Of a stretch of DNA of 64,000 nucleotides, positions 1 to 12,057 are shown in pieces; positions within the stretch are counted from its first letter, which is position 1; every line of letters begins with the position of its first letter. This DNA comes from Candidatus Eiseniibacteriota bacterium (GTDB lineage: Bacteria > Eisenbacteria > RBG-16-71-46 > CAVPCR01): positions 928,001-992,000 of the forward strand of contig CAWGMA010000001.1 in assembly GCA_963823555.1 (NCBI GenBank), in the 5' to 3' direction. The notes beneath the pieces were generated by a model. That model was not told the DNA's origin. It saw only the letters and a list, made by a program, of their open reading frames with translations, and did not search any database. The position numbers and the translations under genes are program-made.

Positions 1-2
1 TC

Positions 3-797
3 GACCGGGCGCTCCGGCGCGCGGGCATCACCGTCGCCTATTCGACGGGCTACAGCCGTCATCCGAAGTTCTCGTTCGGCCCTCCGCTCCCGGTCGGAAT
101 GGTCGGGCTCGACGAGTACTTCGACGTCGAGCTCGTGGATGAGCGCCCTGCAGAGTTCGTCGAACTTCTGAACACGCATTTGCCGGCCGGCATCCAGGTC
201 CTGGAGGCCGAGCCTCTTCTTTCCAAGGTCCAATCGCTGATGAGCTTGATCGACCATGCCGACTACAGGCTGAGCTTCACCCCGCATGTGCGTCGGCTCC
301 TCGGCGATCCGGATTCGATTCCGTTCCGCGCCTCGCTCGACGAGGCCATCCGCCACTTCTTCTCCCATGACCGCGCTTTCATCATGCAGCGCGGCCCCGA
401 TGGTGAGCGTCCGGTGGAGCTCACGAGCGGCGTTCGGCGCCTGGCCGCTGTCCAGGGCGACGACGCCTTTCCCGTCCTCGAACTCGCCCTGCGCATCGCG
501 GGCGACGGGGCGGTGCGGCCGCTCGACCTCGCCGGATTTCTCCTCGGGCATCTTCTGGGAGAGGATCGGCTCGATCCCAAGCTGCTGCGCGTGGCACGAC
601 TTCGGCTCTACCACGTGCGGGGCGATCATCTGATCACCCCCTTCGATGCAGTAGCAGGGGAAGAGCTTGTCGGTGCGCTTTCCGCACCCGGATCGGCGGG
701 TGGTCCCACGCCAGGCGATGGGAGACCCGATGTCCAAAGAGATCGTTATCAACGCCGATCAGGCCGAGACACGTATCGCCATACTCGAAGATGGTGA
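3..797 (+). CDS. Radical SAM-linked protein, DUF2344/TIGR03936-type domain (5' truncated by window edge)
   Basis: Frame open from position 3: DRALRRAGITVAYSTGYSRHPKFSFGPPLPVGM matches the DUF2344 motif; typical position upstream of rne/rng. Confidence 0.85.
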   Translation, partial: DRALRRAGITVAYSTGYSRHPKFSFGPPLPVGMVGLDEYFDVELVDERPAEFVELLNTHLPAGIQVLEAEPLLSKVQSLMSLIDHADYRLSFTPHVRRLLGDPDSIPFRASLDEAIRHFFSHDRAFIMQRGPDGERPVELTSGVRRLAAVQGDDAFPVLELALRIAGDGAVRPLDLAGFLLGHLLGEDRLDPKLLRVARLRLYHVRGDHLITPFDAVAGEELVGALSAPGSAGGPTPGDGRPDVQRDRYQRRSGRDTYRHTRRW

Positions 798-2322
798 ACT
801 CGTAGAGCTGCTGTTCGAACGACCCGACAAGCGCCGCATCGTCGGCGACATCTTCAAGGCCCGGGTGAATGCGGTTCTGCCGGGGATGCAGGCCGCTTTC
901 GTCGACCTCGGCCTCGAGCGGACTGGCTTCCTTCACGCCTCCGATCTGGCCACGGCGCGCCCCAAGCTGGCCGAGGGCCTTGATATCGAGGATGACGCCG
1001 GCGAGGACATGGAGTCCGCCGTCCCCGCCCCGCGCCGGGGCGGGCGGCGGCAGCGCTTGCCTCGCCGCGGGCCGGACGCCCATCCCCGCATCGAGGACCA
1101 CTTGAAGCCGGGGCAGGAGATCCTGGTCCAGATCACCAAGGAGCCGATCTCGACCAAGGGGCCGCGCGTGACCCAGCAGATCTCGCTGCCCGGGCGCTAC
1201 CTGGTCTACATGCCGCAGCTCGACCATCTCGGCATCTCGCGCAAGATCATGGACCGAGACGAGCGGCAGCGGTTGCGCCAGATGCTTGCCGAGGTCAAGC
1301 CGGACGGCGGCGGCATCATCGTGCGAACGGTGGGCGAGGGTAAGGATCTCCGCCACTTCCGGTCCGATGTCCGCTTCCTCACCAAGATGTGGAACGAGGT
1401 GCAGAAGAAATCGAAGAAGGAGAAGGCGCCTGCGCTTCTCCATCGTGAGATGGAGCTCACCACGGGTCTCATCCGCGATCTCTTCACCGAGGAAGTGGAC
1501 CGCGTCATCATCGACGGCAAGAAGGAGCACAAGGAGATCAACGCCTACCTCCGCTCCTATGCTCCCGAGCTGCGCAACCGGGTCGAGCTCTACGAGCAGG
1601 ACACACCGATCTTCGATCGCTTCGGCATCGAGCCCGAGATCGAGAAGACCTTCGATCGGAAGATCTGGCTCAAGCGTGGCGGCTACATCGTGATCGAGCA
1701 CACCGAGGCTCTGGTCACGATCGACGTCAACACCGGTCGCTACACGGGCAAGACGGCATCGCAGGAGGAGACCATCCTCCGCACGAACCTGGAAGCCGCC
1801 CGCGAGATCGCCCGTCAGCTCCGGCTGCGTGATATCGGCGGCATCATCGTCATCGATTTCATCGACATGGAGATCGAGGCCAACAAGCGGGCGGTGATCG
1901 AGGATCTGCGCAACGTCCTGCGCCGTGATCGAGCCCGCACCAAGACCTTCGGTGTGTCCGACCTCGGCCTGGTCGAGATGACCCGGCAGCGGGTGCGGCC
2001 GAGTCTCCTCCACTACTTCTCGGATGATTGCCCCACCTGCGATGGGGTGGGGAAGGTGCTGTCGCTCGAATCGGTGGGGATGGCGGTCGAGCGGATGCTC
2101 AAGCGCGCCGGACGCGAGCTCAAGGAGAAGCGGCTCGAGCTCCATGTCTCCCCGGAGGTTGCCGTCTTCCTCATGGAGGAGCGCGGGGGGCGCATCGGGC
2201 AGATCGAGCGCATGCACGGCCTGGAGGTCGACATCGTCGATGATCCGACGCTCAGGCGCAATGAGCGCCGGCTCAAGGTGGTTGGTACTTCCGAGGACGT
2301 GACGGACCAGGTGGACATCTAG
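730..2322 (+). CDS. rng: Rne/Rng family ribonuclease (RNase G-sized)
   Basis: MSKEIVINAD...; VLPGMQAAFVDLG, DVNTGRY, LRLRDIGGIIVIDFIDM, CPTCDG motifs; ATG at 730 after GGGAGA. Confidence 0.93.
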   Translation: MSKEIVINADQAETRIAILEDGELVELLFERPDKRRIVGDIFKARVNAVLPGMQAAFVDLGLERTGFLHASDLATARPKLAEGLDIEDDAGEDMESAVPAPRRGGRRQRLPRRGPDAHPRIEDHLKPGQEILVQITKEPISTKGPRVTQQISLPGRYLVYMPQLDHLGISRKIMDRDERQRLRQMLAEVKPDGGGIIVRTVGEGKDLRHFRSDVRFLTKMWNEVQKKSKKEKAPALLHREMELTTGLIRDLFTEEVDRVIIDGKKEHKEINAYLRSYAPELRNRVELYEQDTPIFDRFGIEPEIEKTFDRKIWLKRGGYIVIEHTEALVTIDVNTGRYTGKTASQEETILRTNLEAAREIARQLRLRDIGGIIVIDFIDMEIEANKRAVIEDLRNVLRRDRARTKTFGVSDLGLVEMTRQRVRPSLLHYFSDDCPTCDGVGKVLSLESVGMAVERMLKRAGRELKEKRLELHVSPEVAVFLMEERGGRIGQIERMHGLEVDIVDDPTLRRNERRLKVVGTSEDVTDQVDI

Positions 2323-2414
2323 GCCGACGGCCCGACTTGCCAGCCGGGCGCCCAGCTGCGACCATAGAGGCATCCCGTCCCGGTGGTCTCGATGGCCCCA
2401 AGGGGAGACCGGCC

Positions 2415-4169
2415 ATGCTCCACCACTCGTTTCGCCCCGGCCGCGTCCGGCGGTACCCGCTCTGGGTCGCTGGCGTGGCGACCGCCGCCCTCATCTTCGT
2501 CACCGGCGGCGCCCAGGCGCAGCGGGCCGCCGATCTCGAGCTCCTGCGCGACACGGCGCCCCCGCCGCCGCCCCTGGCTCCGGACGCCACCCTGTCGATC
2601 CAGCTGAGCCCGACACCGGTGTGGATCTCGAGCGATGCGTCGCGGGTTTCCACCGGCGGAGCGCTGGCCGACGTCGACGGCGACCAGGATCTCGATTTCG
2701 TCGTCTCCAACGGGAACGACATGGCGGTGCAGCCGCAGACGATGTACCGCAACCTGGGCGGTGTCCTCGAGCTGAGCCCGTCCTGGGTCTCCACGGACGC
2801 GCAGTACTCGGGTCACTGCGCGGTCGGAGACGTGACCGGCGACGGGAATCCGGATCTCGTCGTTGCCAACTACGGCTCGTTCGCGCCCCAGCGTCTCATC
2901 ATGTACCGCAATCTCGGCGCCGCGTTCGAGACCACCGCGTCCTGGCAGAGCTCGGATCTGGACAACTCCTTCAGCTGCGCCCTCGGCGATGTGGATCTCG
3001 ACGGGGACATGGATCTGGCGGTGGCCAACGGCGAGGCCTATGTGACCGGGCCCGCCGCGAACGACCTCTACCGCAACGAAGCCGGCGCCCTGACGCCGCT
3101 CCCGGTATGGCAGTCATCCGAGATCGAATCCAGCTATGACGTGGCCTGGGCGGACGTGGATCGCGACGGAGATCTCGATCTGGCCGTCATCAACTCGATG
3201 ACGCCGGCGCGACTCTACGACAACCAGGGCGGCGTTCTCTCGACGACGGCGATCTGGAGCTCCACGATCGCGGAGGACGGCAACACGCTGGCCTTCGGCG
3301 ATGTCGATGGGGACGGCTGGCTCGACCTGGCCGTGGCGACCAACCGGCAGATCGGCGGCACCGGTCGCTTCCGCCTGTTCCTGAATCAGAACGGCACGCT
3401 GTCGAGCACCCCGTCGTGGACCTCCAACGTGGGCAATGTCTACGGCTCGGCCGTGGCCTTTGCCGATCTGGACGCCGATGGGGACGAGGACCTCGTGGCT
3501 GGCAGCTGGTGGGGGCAGCTCCTCGTCTTCGAGAATCTGGGCGGGACCCTGACCACCGGTGCCGCGTTCATCTCGCAGACAACGAGTGTGATCGAGGCCA
3601 TCATCCCGGGCGACGTGGACGGTGATGGGCTCGTGCCGCGGAATGACGTCCTGGCCGCGGATGGTTCACGCCGGCTCTTCTATGTGAGCCGCCGGCCGAT
3701 CCAGCGACTGGTCGAGGTGCGAGCCGACGGCGTGGCGCTCGCGCCCGGGACCTTCGCCTGCGATCTCGATCAGGGCTGGATCAGTGTGGCAGCCGCCCCG
3801 GCTCAGGATCTGGCGGTCGACTACTGGGTCTCCGACGACCTCGATCTGGCGGTGACCAACTGGGATAGCAACATCGGCAACTATGTCTTCGAGAATCAGA
3901 GGGCGACGACCGCCGTGACGGCGACCGGTGGCGCCGTTTCGATACCGGGCCTCCGGATCAGTCCGCTGCCGGCGCGTTCCGGAAGCTGGGTCACCATCCA
4001 GGGGGCGGCGGCGGGCACCGAGCTGCGAGTGATCTCGGCTGGTGGCCGGGTGCTGGCCCGGATCCTGCCCGGGGGCGATGGGGTTGCCCGCTACCGGCCC
4101 TCGAGCCCCGGAGTGGTCTGGGTGGCTGGGCCGGCCGGCGATGCAGCCCGGGTCGTGGTCACGCGTTAG
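2415..4169 (+). CDS. Secreted FG-GAP/VCBS repeat beta-propeller protein with a degenerate T9SS-CTD-like C-terminus
   Basis: Signal peptide (...FVTGGAQA); repeated (G/A)DVDGDGDxDLxV motifs; C-terminus LRISPLP...LRVISAGGRVL...RVVVTR. Confidence 0.8.
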   Translation: MLHHSFRPGRVRRYPLWVAGVATAALIFVTGGAQAQRAADLELLRDTAPPPPPLAPDATLSIQLSPTPVWISSDASRVSTGGALADVDGDQDLDFVVSNGNDMAVQPQTMYRNLGGVLELSPSWVSTDAQYSGHCAVGDVTGDGNPDLVVANYGSFAPQRLIMYRNLGAAFETTASWQSSDLDNSFSCALGDVDLDGDMDLAVANGEAYVTGPAANDLYRNEAGALTPLPVWQSSEIESSYDVAWADVDRDGDLDLAVINSMTPARLYDNQGGVLSTTAIWSSTIAEDGNTLAFGDVDGDGWLDLAVATNRQIGGTGRFRLFLNQNGTLSSTPSWTSNVGNVYGSAVAFADLDADGDEDLVAGSWWGQLLVFENLGGTLTTGAAFISQTTSVIEAIIPGDVDGDGLVPRNDVLAADGSRRLFYVSRRPIQRLVEVRADGVALAPGTFACDLDQGWISVAAAPAQDLAVDYWVSDDLDLAVTNWDSNIGNYVFENQRATTAVTATGGAVSIPGLRISPLPARSGSWVTIQGAAAGTELRVISAGGRVLARILPGGDGVARYRPSSPGVVWVAGPAGDAARVVVTR

Positions 4170-4273
4170 ACGGCCTCCGGGCGCCGGGTCGCTGGGGCCG
4201 GCCGACCCGTGGACACGAGTTCCGGTGGGTGGCCGGATTCCCGTTGGGGCCTGGCTGGCCGCGCCCGTCCGTC

Positions 4274-4302
4274 TTGACACCCCGCAGGCTGCCCGCTAAG
4301 CT
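4274..4302 (+). promoter_or_regulatory. sigma70-type promoter for rplU-rpmA
   Basis: TTGACA (4274-4279), 17-nt spacer, TAAGCT (4297-4302). Confidence 0.7.
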
Positions 4303-4399
4303 CCCTGGAGCTCAGGTTCCTTGTTCGTCATTCAGGTCGAGACTGGACCACGCGGCTCCGGAGCTCAGGGGGCCGCGTGAGTCTTGGAAGGGCGGGAAG

Positions 4400-4714
4400 A
4401 TGTTTGCCGTCGTGCGCGTGAAGGGGATGCAGTTCCGGGTCGAACCGGATGCCTTGGTCCAAGTACCGAAGCTCACGGCCGAGGTCGGAGCCGAGGTGCC
4501 GATCGACGAGGTCATGCTCGTCGGCGGTGAGGACGCGGTTGCGGTGGGCGCTCCCCTCGTGCCAGGAGCCAAGGTTCTCGCCGAGGTCGTCCGGCATGGT
4601 CGCGGGCCCAAGATCACGGGGATCAAGTACAAGCGCCGGAAGGACTATCGTCGGCGCTGGGGCGCTCGAGCCGACTTCACCGAGCTCAGGATCCGCTCGA
4701 TCCAAACCAACTAA
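4400..4714 (+). CDS. rplU: 50S ribosomal protein L21
   Basis: MFAVVRVKGMQFRV...KYKRRKDYRRRWG; adjacent to rpmA. Confidence 0.96.
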   Translation: MFAVVRVKGMQFRVEPDALVQVPKLTAEVGAEVPIDEVMLVGGEDAVAVGAPLVPGAKVLAEVVRHGRGPKITGIKYKRRKDYRRRWGARADFTELRIRSIQTN

Positions 4715-4767
4715 GCGGCTAACCGGCTTTCAATTGGACTCATCGATCAGAGTCGTAAGGTAGAGTC

Positions 4768-5049
4768 ATGGCGCATAAGAAAGGTGTGGGCAGCTCACGC
4801 AACGGGCGGGATTCGAACCCGCAGTACCTGGGCGTGAAGGCCTTCGGTAATCAGTTCGTGACCGCCGGATCGATCATCGTGCGCCAGCGCGGTACGCGGA
4901 TCCATCCGGGAATCCACGTCGGCAAGGGCGGTGATGACACCTTGTTCGCCCTCCGCGATGGGTTCGTGATCTTCGAACGCATGGGCCGGGACAAGAAGCA
5001 GGTATCGGTGTTGCCGGAGCGGCAGGCGCCGGCCACGGCTGGGAGCTAG
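4768..5049 (+). CDS. rpmA: 50S ribosomal protein L27
   Basis: [24 protein letters not shown]...[10 protein letters not shown]. Confidence 0.98.
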   Translation: MAHKKGVGSSRNGRDSNPQYLGVKAFGNQFVTAGSIIVRQRGTRIHPGIHVGKGGDDTLFALRDGFVIFERMGRDKKQVSVLPERQAPATAGS

Positions 5050-5127
5050 AACGCGATTGCGACCATGACGGGCGCGGCCACGGCGGCGCGCGGAGCGCCG
5101 CTGATCCCAGAGCCGAGTTGGAAATGC

Positions 5128-5165
5128 GAGGGGACTCCCCGGAATGGGAGTCCCCTCCTCATTTG
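5128..5165 (+). terminator. Stem-loop downstream of rpmA (probable terminator)
   Basis: 12-bp perfect stem GAGGGGACTCCC (5128-5139) / GGGAGTCCCCTC (5146-5157); only a weak U-tail. Confidence 0.5.
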
Positions 5166-5173
5166 GGGAGAAG

Positions 5174-5953
5174 GTGGCGACCGTGGCTGATCCAGCGATC
5201 GCCGTCGTCATCCCGGCGCGCTACGCGTCTACCCGCTTCCCGGGCAAGCCCCTGGCCCCGCTCCTGGGCCGCCCCTTGATTGCGCACGTCATCGAGCGCG
5301 CGCTGGCGGCCAGCCTTGCGCCGCGAGTCATCGTCGCCACCGATGATGACCGTATCGCCGCTGCGGCCGTGCATGCCGGTGCCGAGGCGAGGCTCACCTC
5401 CCCCGACCATGCCAGCGGGACGGATCGAGTGGCTGAGGTGGCCCGCGACCTCGATGCGGAGATCCTCGTCAACGTGCAAGGAGACGAGCCGTGTGTGCCG
5501 CCATCGGCCATCGATCGTTGCGCCGGGCCGCTCCTTGCGGACAAGGCCGTTGACATGGCCACTCTGGCGCATATAGTGAGCGCAGTGGACGCGCTTGATC
5601 CCAACGCGGTCAAGGTCGTGTGTGATCGCGCTGCGAATGCGCTCTACTTTTCCCGCCATCCTATTCCCTACATCCGAGATCGGGTGCGCCGCGCGCCGGA
5701 GCAGCCGCCGGCGCACCTCCGGCATATCGGGATCTATGCTTACCGGCGGGATACTCTGCTCTTGCTCGCGCGCACTCCGCCGTCGCCGCTGGAGCAAGCG
5801 GAGCGCCTCGAGCAGCTACGCGCGCTCGAGCATGGAGTCCGGATCCGCGTCGAGATCGTCGACTGGGAAGCGCAGGGCGTCGATACGCCCGAGGATCTCG
5901 GGCGGGCCGAGGTCCTGCTCAGGCAAGGCGGTGGAGCTGCAGATAGGCGCTGA
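5174..5953 (+). CDS. kdsB: 3-deoxy-manno-octulosonate cytidylyltransferase
   Basis: [40 protein letters not shown]; start codon uncertain (GTG 5174 or 5183). Confidence 0.95.
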   Translation: MATVADPAIAVVIPARYASTRFPGKPLAPLLGRPLIAHVIERALAASLAPRVIVATDDDRIAAAAVHAGAEARLTSPDHASGTDRVAEVARDLDAEILVNVQGDEPCVPPSAIDRCAGPLLADKAVDMATLAHIVSAVDALDPNAVKVVCDRAANALYFSRHPIPYIRDRVRRAPEQPPAHLRHIGIYAYRRDTLLLLARTPPSPLEQAERLEQLRALEHGVRIRVEIVDWEAQGVDTPEDLGRAEVLLRQGGGAADRR

Positions 5954-5985
5954 CCACGCTGGGGCCCCTGAAAGCGAGAGAAGGC

Positions 5986-7654
<1,669 letters not shown>

Positions 7655-7690
7655 CGTTTGAGCGAAGAAAGAGAGAGTCGAGACAAAGCC

Positions 7691-8533
7691 ATGACGGTCG
7701 CCATCGATTCACGAACCACCCTGGGCGACGGCCGGCTCGGCGTGATCGCTGGACCCTGCGTTGCCGAGGACCTGGGCCTCTGTCTCGAGGTGGCGTCCGA
7801 GCTCAAGCGGATCGGCGACCGTCTCGGCCTGCCCCTCATCTTCAAGTCGTCCTACGCCAAGGAGAACCGGAGCTCCGCCGGTTCCTATCGCGGTCCGGGG
7901 ATCGTGGCCGGGCTCGACATGCTCGCCCAGGTTCGCGCCCGCACCGCGCTTCCCCTGCTGTCGGACGTGCACGCCCCGGAAGAGGCGGCGGTGGCAGCCA
8001 GGGTGCTTGACGTGCTGCAGATTCCGGCCTTTCTCTGCCGGCAGACGCCGCTCCTCATGGCCTGCGGTGCCACCGGGAAGCCGGTCAACGTGAAGAAGGG
8101 CCAGTTCGTCGCCCCCGAGGATATGATCGGAGCCGTGGAGAAACTCAAGGGTGCCGGCTGTCCGGGGGTGCTCCTGACCGAGCGCGGAACGACGTTCGGC
8201 TACCACGATCTGGTCGTCGACATGCGGTCCTTCCTGCGCATGGCGTTTCCCGGCGTGATCACCATCTATGACGTGACCCACAGCCTGCAGACGCCCGGCG
8301 GTCCGGTCACCGGCGGGCGCCGCGAGTTCGCCTTGCCGCTGGCCCGCGCCGCGGTGGCCGCCGGAGCGGCTGCGGTCTTTCTCGAGACGCACCCCGATCC
8401 GGAGCGCGCCAGGAGCGATGCCGCGACACAGCTCCCCCTGGCCAGCGTCGAGGCCTTGCTGGTCGAGCTGGTGCGAGTCCGGGCGGCGATCCAGGCGGAT
8501 ACTCCGCGGCCCGCGGCCGGCGGGAGGGTGTGA
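7691..8533 (+). CDS. kdsA: 3-deoxy-8-phosphooctulonate (KDO8P) synthase
   Basis: IAGPC, FKSSYAKENRSS, QIPAFLCRQT, ERGTTFGY, ETHPDP...SDA. Confidence 0.95.
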   Translation: MTVAIDSRTTLGDGRLGVIAGPCVAEDLGLCLEVASELKRIGDRLGLPLIFKSSYAKENRSSAGSYRGPGIVAGLDMLAQVRARTALPLLSDVHAPEEAAVAARVLDVLQIPAFLCRQTPLLMACGATGKPVNVKKGQFVAPEDMIGAVEKLKGAGCPGVLLTERGTTFGYHDLVVDMRSFLRMAFPGVITIYDVTHSLQTPGGPVTGGRREFALPLARAAVAAGAAAVFLETHPDPERARSDAATQLPLASVEALLVELVRVRAAIQADTPRPAAGGRV

Positions 8534-9153
8534 TGGTCGGAGTCCTGCGCGCTCCCCGCGGTTCCCACGGTCGAGCTCAATCCGGGGCCCGCTCGCGAGC
8601 GATGAGCCCCGCCGGGCGCGCTCCCGATCTGCTCCTCCGCCCGATCGAGGTGCTGTTCCTGGATGTCGACGGCGTCCTGGCGGATGGCGGCATCATTCTC
8701 GCGGAGGGGCTCGAGCTCAAGCGGTTCACCGCTCGAGATGGGGCGGCAGCCTACATCGCTCATCGTGCCCGGCTCAGGATCGTGCTCGTCACGTTCCGCG
8801 ATTCGGAGGCTGTGCGGCGCCGCGCCGCCGAGCTCTCGGTGGAGGCCTTGCAGGGCGTGCGCGAAAAGGCCAGGGCGGTACGGGCGGCCTGCGCGCGTTT
8901 CGGTGTCGCGCCGGCTGCGGCTGCCTTCATGGGCGATGATCTCGTCGATCTCGATGCCATGCGCCTCTGCGGGCTCGCCGTCGCGCCCTGCGACGCGGCT
9001 CCTCCGGCCTTGCGCTTGGCCCATATCGTCACCGCGGCCCGGGGTGGCGAGGGCGCGGTGCGCGAGGCGGTCGAAACGATCCTCTGGCTGAATCGGGCCC
9101 TGACTGAACGAACCGAGTCCGAGTCCAGCGCACGGAGGAAGAGCCGTGGCTGA
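8533..9153 (+). CDS. kdsC: KDO8P phosphatase (HAD IIIA)
   Basis: LDVDGVLADG, GDDLVD, GGEGAVRE motifs; TGATG overlap with kdsA. Confidence 0.88.
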   Translation: MVGVLRAPRGSHGRAQSGARSRAMSPAGRAPDLLLRPIEVLFLDVDGVLADGGIILAEGLELKRFTARDGAAAYIAHRARLRIVLVTFRDSEAVRRRAAELSVEALQGVREKARAVRAACARFGVAPAAAAFMGDDLVDLDAMRLCGLAVAPCDAAPPALRLAHIVTAARGGEGAVREAVETILWLNRALTERTESESSARRKSRG

Positions 9154-10192
9154 GACGGAGCGTTCGGAGAAGTCCCCGGCCGCTCCGAGCGCGGGCTATT
9201 CCCTCGAGGCTCTGCGTTCTCTCCCGCCCCATGCCGTAGCAGAGGCGGTGGCCCGGCTCGAAGCGGGTGCGGTCGCCGAACTCGCCGGCCGCTTCGGCCC
9301 GGCGTTCGATCGAACGGTCGATCTTCTGGCTGCTCTCGAGGGACGTCTCATCGTCTCCGGAGCTGGCAAGTCGGGCCTCCTTGGGCAACGCATCGCCGCC
9401 ACTCTCACCGCCACCGGGACGCAGGCTGCCTTCCTCCATCCGGCGGACGCCATCCACGGGGATCTGGGGCTCGTGCGTGCTCAAGACGCCGTGCTCCTGA
9501 TCTCGAAGAGCGGGGAGACCGAAGAGCTCGATCGATTGCTGCCGGCCTTCCGCCGCCTCGGGGTTCCGGTCCTCTTGCTCACCGGCAACCCCGACTCGAC
9601 GCTCGCGCGTGCGGTGGATCTGGTCCTCGACCACGGGCGCCCGCGCGAGGCCTGCCCCCATGGTCTGGCGCCGACCTCCTCGATCACAGCCGCCGGCGTC
9701 GTCGGCGACGCGCTCGCGGTGGCTCTCATGCTGCGCCGCGGGACCTCGCTCGGTGACCTCGCGCTCCTCCATCCTGGAGGGCTGATCGGGCGCACGGCAA
9801 CGATGCCCGTCCGATCGCTCATGCATCAGGGCGATCAGCTGCCGCGGATCCCGGCCACGGCCAGCCTGCGCGAAGCGCTCGGCGAGATCGTGTCGAAGCG
9901 CCTCGGAATGACGACCGTGGTCGATGGTGATGGACGGCTCATCGGGGTGCTCGCGGACGGGGATCTCAAACGCATCTTGCTTCGCCATGCCGATCCGCTC
10001 GACCTCGCGGTGCATGAGGTGATGAGCCGCGAGCCGCGCACCATCGGACGTGACGTCCTGGTGGCCGAAGCCGTGCGCCTGATGGAGGAGAATGAGCCCG
10101 GTCCCATCACGTCGCTCGTCGTGGTCGGACCAGGTGGCGCTCCGATCGGCGTGCTTCACCTCCATGACTGCCTGCGCCCCGCCCGCAGCTAG
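9146..10192 (+). CDS. kdsD: Arabinose-5-phosphate isomerase (SIS + 2 CBS domains)
   Basis: SGAGKSG, HPADAIHGDLG, SKSGETEE, APTSS, HPGGLIG, CBS pair. Confidence 0.94.
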   Translation: MAETERSEKSPAAPSAGYSLEALRSLPPHAVAEAVARLEAGAVAELAGRFGPAFDRTVDLLAALEGRLIVSGAGKSGLLGQRIAATLTATGTQAAFLHPADAIHGDLGLVRAQDAVLLISKSGETEELDRLLPAFRRLGVPVLLLTGNPDSTLARAVDLVLDHGRPREACPHGLAPTSSITAAGVVGDALAVALMLRRGTSLGDLALLHPGGLIGRTATMPVRSLMHQGDQLPRIPATASLREALGEIVSKRLGMTTVVDGDGRLIGVLADGDLKRILLRHADPLDLAVHEVMSREPRTIGRDVLVAEAVRLMEENEPGPITSLVVVGPGGAPIGVLHLHDCLRPARS

Positions 10193-10252
10193 GGACCCCG
10201 CCACCTTCACCGTCTCCGGCCGAGCAGCCCACCTGGGTGGGAGTTACCACCT

Positions 10253-10268
10253 TGGCATATTAGTTGCT
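10253..10268 (+). promoter_or_regulatory. sigma54 (-24/-12) site upstream of the lpxL/lptC-lptB-rpoN operon
   Basis: TGGCATATTAGTTGCT: GG-N10-GC, close to the TGGCAC-N5-TTGCW consensus, in an AT-rich intergenic gap. Confidence 0.75.
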
Positions 10269-10299
10269 TGAAATGCCGGTCACCCTTCAGATACGCTCC

Positions 10300-12057
10300 A
10301 TGATGCCGATGAAGATCAAGGGAAGACTTGGCGCTCAGCCTCGGCCGGAGCGGGTGAGGATTGGACGCCGCATTCGGCACGCAGCGGGCTATCAGGCCAT
10401 TCGCGCGCTTGCATGGGTGTGTGCGTTCGCGCCCCTGCGCGTGGCGCACGCGATGTTCTCCGGGTTGGGGTACGTGAGCTGGGCTGCTTTCGCGCGGGAG
10501 CGGCGCTTGATCGACAGGCATGTGCGGCAGGCGGCGCCCGGGCTCGACACGAGAGCGGCTGGACGTTTCGGGCAGAGGGTGTTCGTGGAGTCAGCGGGTA
10601 ACGTGGCCGATGGGCTGCGTTTCCTCCGGCGGCCTCCGCGAGAGCTGCTGAGTCTGATCGAGATCGAGGGGGAGGAGCATCTTCGCGCCGCGCTCGGCGA
10701 AGGTAGGGGGGTGGTGGCGGTGACCGGGCACATCGGGGCCTGGGAACTCCTTGGCGGCTACTACGTGCAGCGGGGGATACCCGTCAAGGTCATCGCGCGG
10801 CCCCTCAAGAACCCGCGCTTCGAGAAGCTCATCAGCAGGCTGAGGCAAAGGCTCGGAGTCGGCGTCGTGCATGAGAGCGGTGATCTGCGGCCGGCCTTCC
10901 GGGCACTTCGCCGCAATGAGGTGCTCGGCATCCTCATCGATCAAGGTCGTCGCTGGCCTGGCGCCTGGGTGCCCTTCTTCGGTCGGCCCGCCCACATGAC
11001 GACGGCAGCCGCCGAGTTCGCGCGACGGACCAGAGCCCCGCTGGTGCCCATGGGCATCCAGCGGAAGGGAATGGGGCATCGGATCACCGTGTTGCCGCCG
11101 ATCGAGATCGACTGGGAGCGCCCCGGCGCGGTGGTCGCGGCGACGGCGGCGCTGGCGAGAAGCCTGGAGTCCTTGATCTGGCGCTGCCCGGCCCAGTGGT
11201 CCTGGAGCTACGACCTGTGGTCTGTTCCCGCGTCCGGGAACGAAGCGGGGTCTGGGAACGGAAAGGTCGGCAGCGGTTCAGGTCCGGGCGATCTCGCGGT
11301 CGACGATCCTCCCGCTGAGAAGGAGGCACCGGATCGGTATGCGGCCAAGAGGCCGTTCGCGCCATCGGGGCGGACCCCGGTCGCCCATCGCTGGCTCCTG
11401 ATCCTCGTCGCCGCTCTAGTGGCCTTCACCGGAGCATGTCGGCCCGGAGATGATCGCACCGACTTGCCACCCGAGCGCCCCCCGTCGGTCGGGGAGCCGA
11501 TCCCGAGCCAGGAACTGAGCCAGTTCGTCCTCCGCGAGACCGACGAGTCGGGACGCGTGGCCTGGATCTTCCGGGCGGAACAGGCCCGGATCTTCGAGGC
11601 TCGCGATGAAGTCGAGGCCGAGAAGATCCACATTGACTTCTTCGATCCGGAGGGGCAGGTGGCATCCGTCCTGGTGGCCGATCGCGCCGTGATCGAGCGC
11701 CGCACGAACGATATGCAGGCCTCGGGCCATGTGGTCGTGCGCAACAGCGATGGCGATCAACTATTCACCGAGGAGCTCCACTACTCCGGCGATCGCGAGA
11801 AGATCTATACGGACGAGTTCGTCCGCGTGCTGCGCGGTCGGGACGAACTCACCGGCTACGGTCTCGAGACCGACCCCGATCTCAGGGGCGGCGAGCTCGA
11901 GATCCAGCGCGACTTTCGCGCGACGATGCGCGACGAGTCGGTCCCCCCGATCGGGCCCGATCTCGGCGCGGCGAGCGGCGCCCACCGCTCCGCGAGGGAC
12001 GAAACGGCGGATCAGCCGGCCGTCGACGAGGACGAGAGCGATGCCGGAACCCCTTGA
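10300..12057 (+). CDS. Lipid A acyltransferase (LpxL/HtrB family) continuous in frame with an LptC domain
   Basis: N-part: TGHIGAWE (H-x4-E), [20 protein letters not shown]-part: hydrophobic segment ending FTGAC, then LptC-like beta-jellyroll ([41 protein letters not shown]). May be two genes (see findings). Confidence 0.8.
   Translation: MMPMKIKGRLGAQPRPERVRIGRRIRHAAGYQAIRALAWVCAFAPLRVAHAMFSGLGYVSWAAFARERRLIDRHVRQAAPGLDTRAAGRFGQRVFVESAGNVADGLRFLRRPPRELLSLIEIEGEEHLRAALGEGRGVVAVTGHIGAWELLGGYYVQRGIPVKVIARPLKNPRFEKLISRLRQRLGVGVVHESGDLRPAFRALRRNEVLGILIDQGRRWPGAWVPFFGRPAHMTTAAAEFARRTRAPLVPMGIQRKGMGHRITVLPPIEIDWERPGAVVAATAALARSLESLIWRCPAQWSWSYDLWSVPASGNEAGSGNGKVGSGSGPGDLAVDDPPAEKEAPDRYAAKRPFAPSGRTPVAHRWLLILVAALVAFTGACRPGDDRTDLPPERPPSVGEPIPSQELSQFVLRETDESGRVAWIFRAEQARIFEARDEVEAEKIHIDFFDPEGQVASVLVADRAVIERRTNDMQASGHVVVRNSDGDQLFTEELHYSGDREKIYTDEFVRVLRGRDELTGYGLETDPDLRGGELEIQRDFRATMRDESVPPIGPDLGAASGAHRSARDETADQPAVDEDESDAGTP

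Noticed and set aside
730..797. 68-bp overlap of the DUF2344 gene with rng
   Set aside because: Low-complexity tail running to the next stop in GC-rich DNA; no sign of function.
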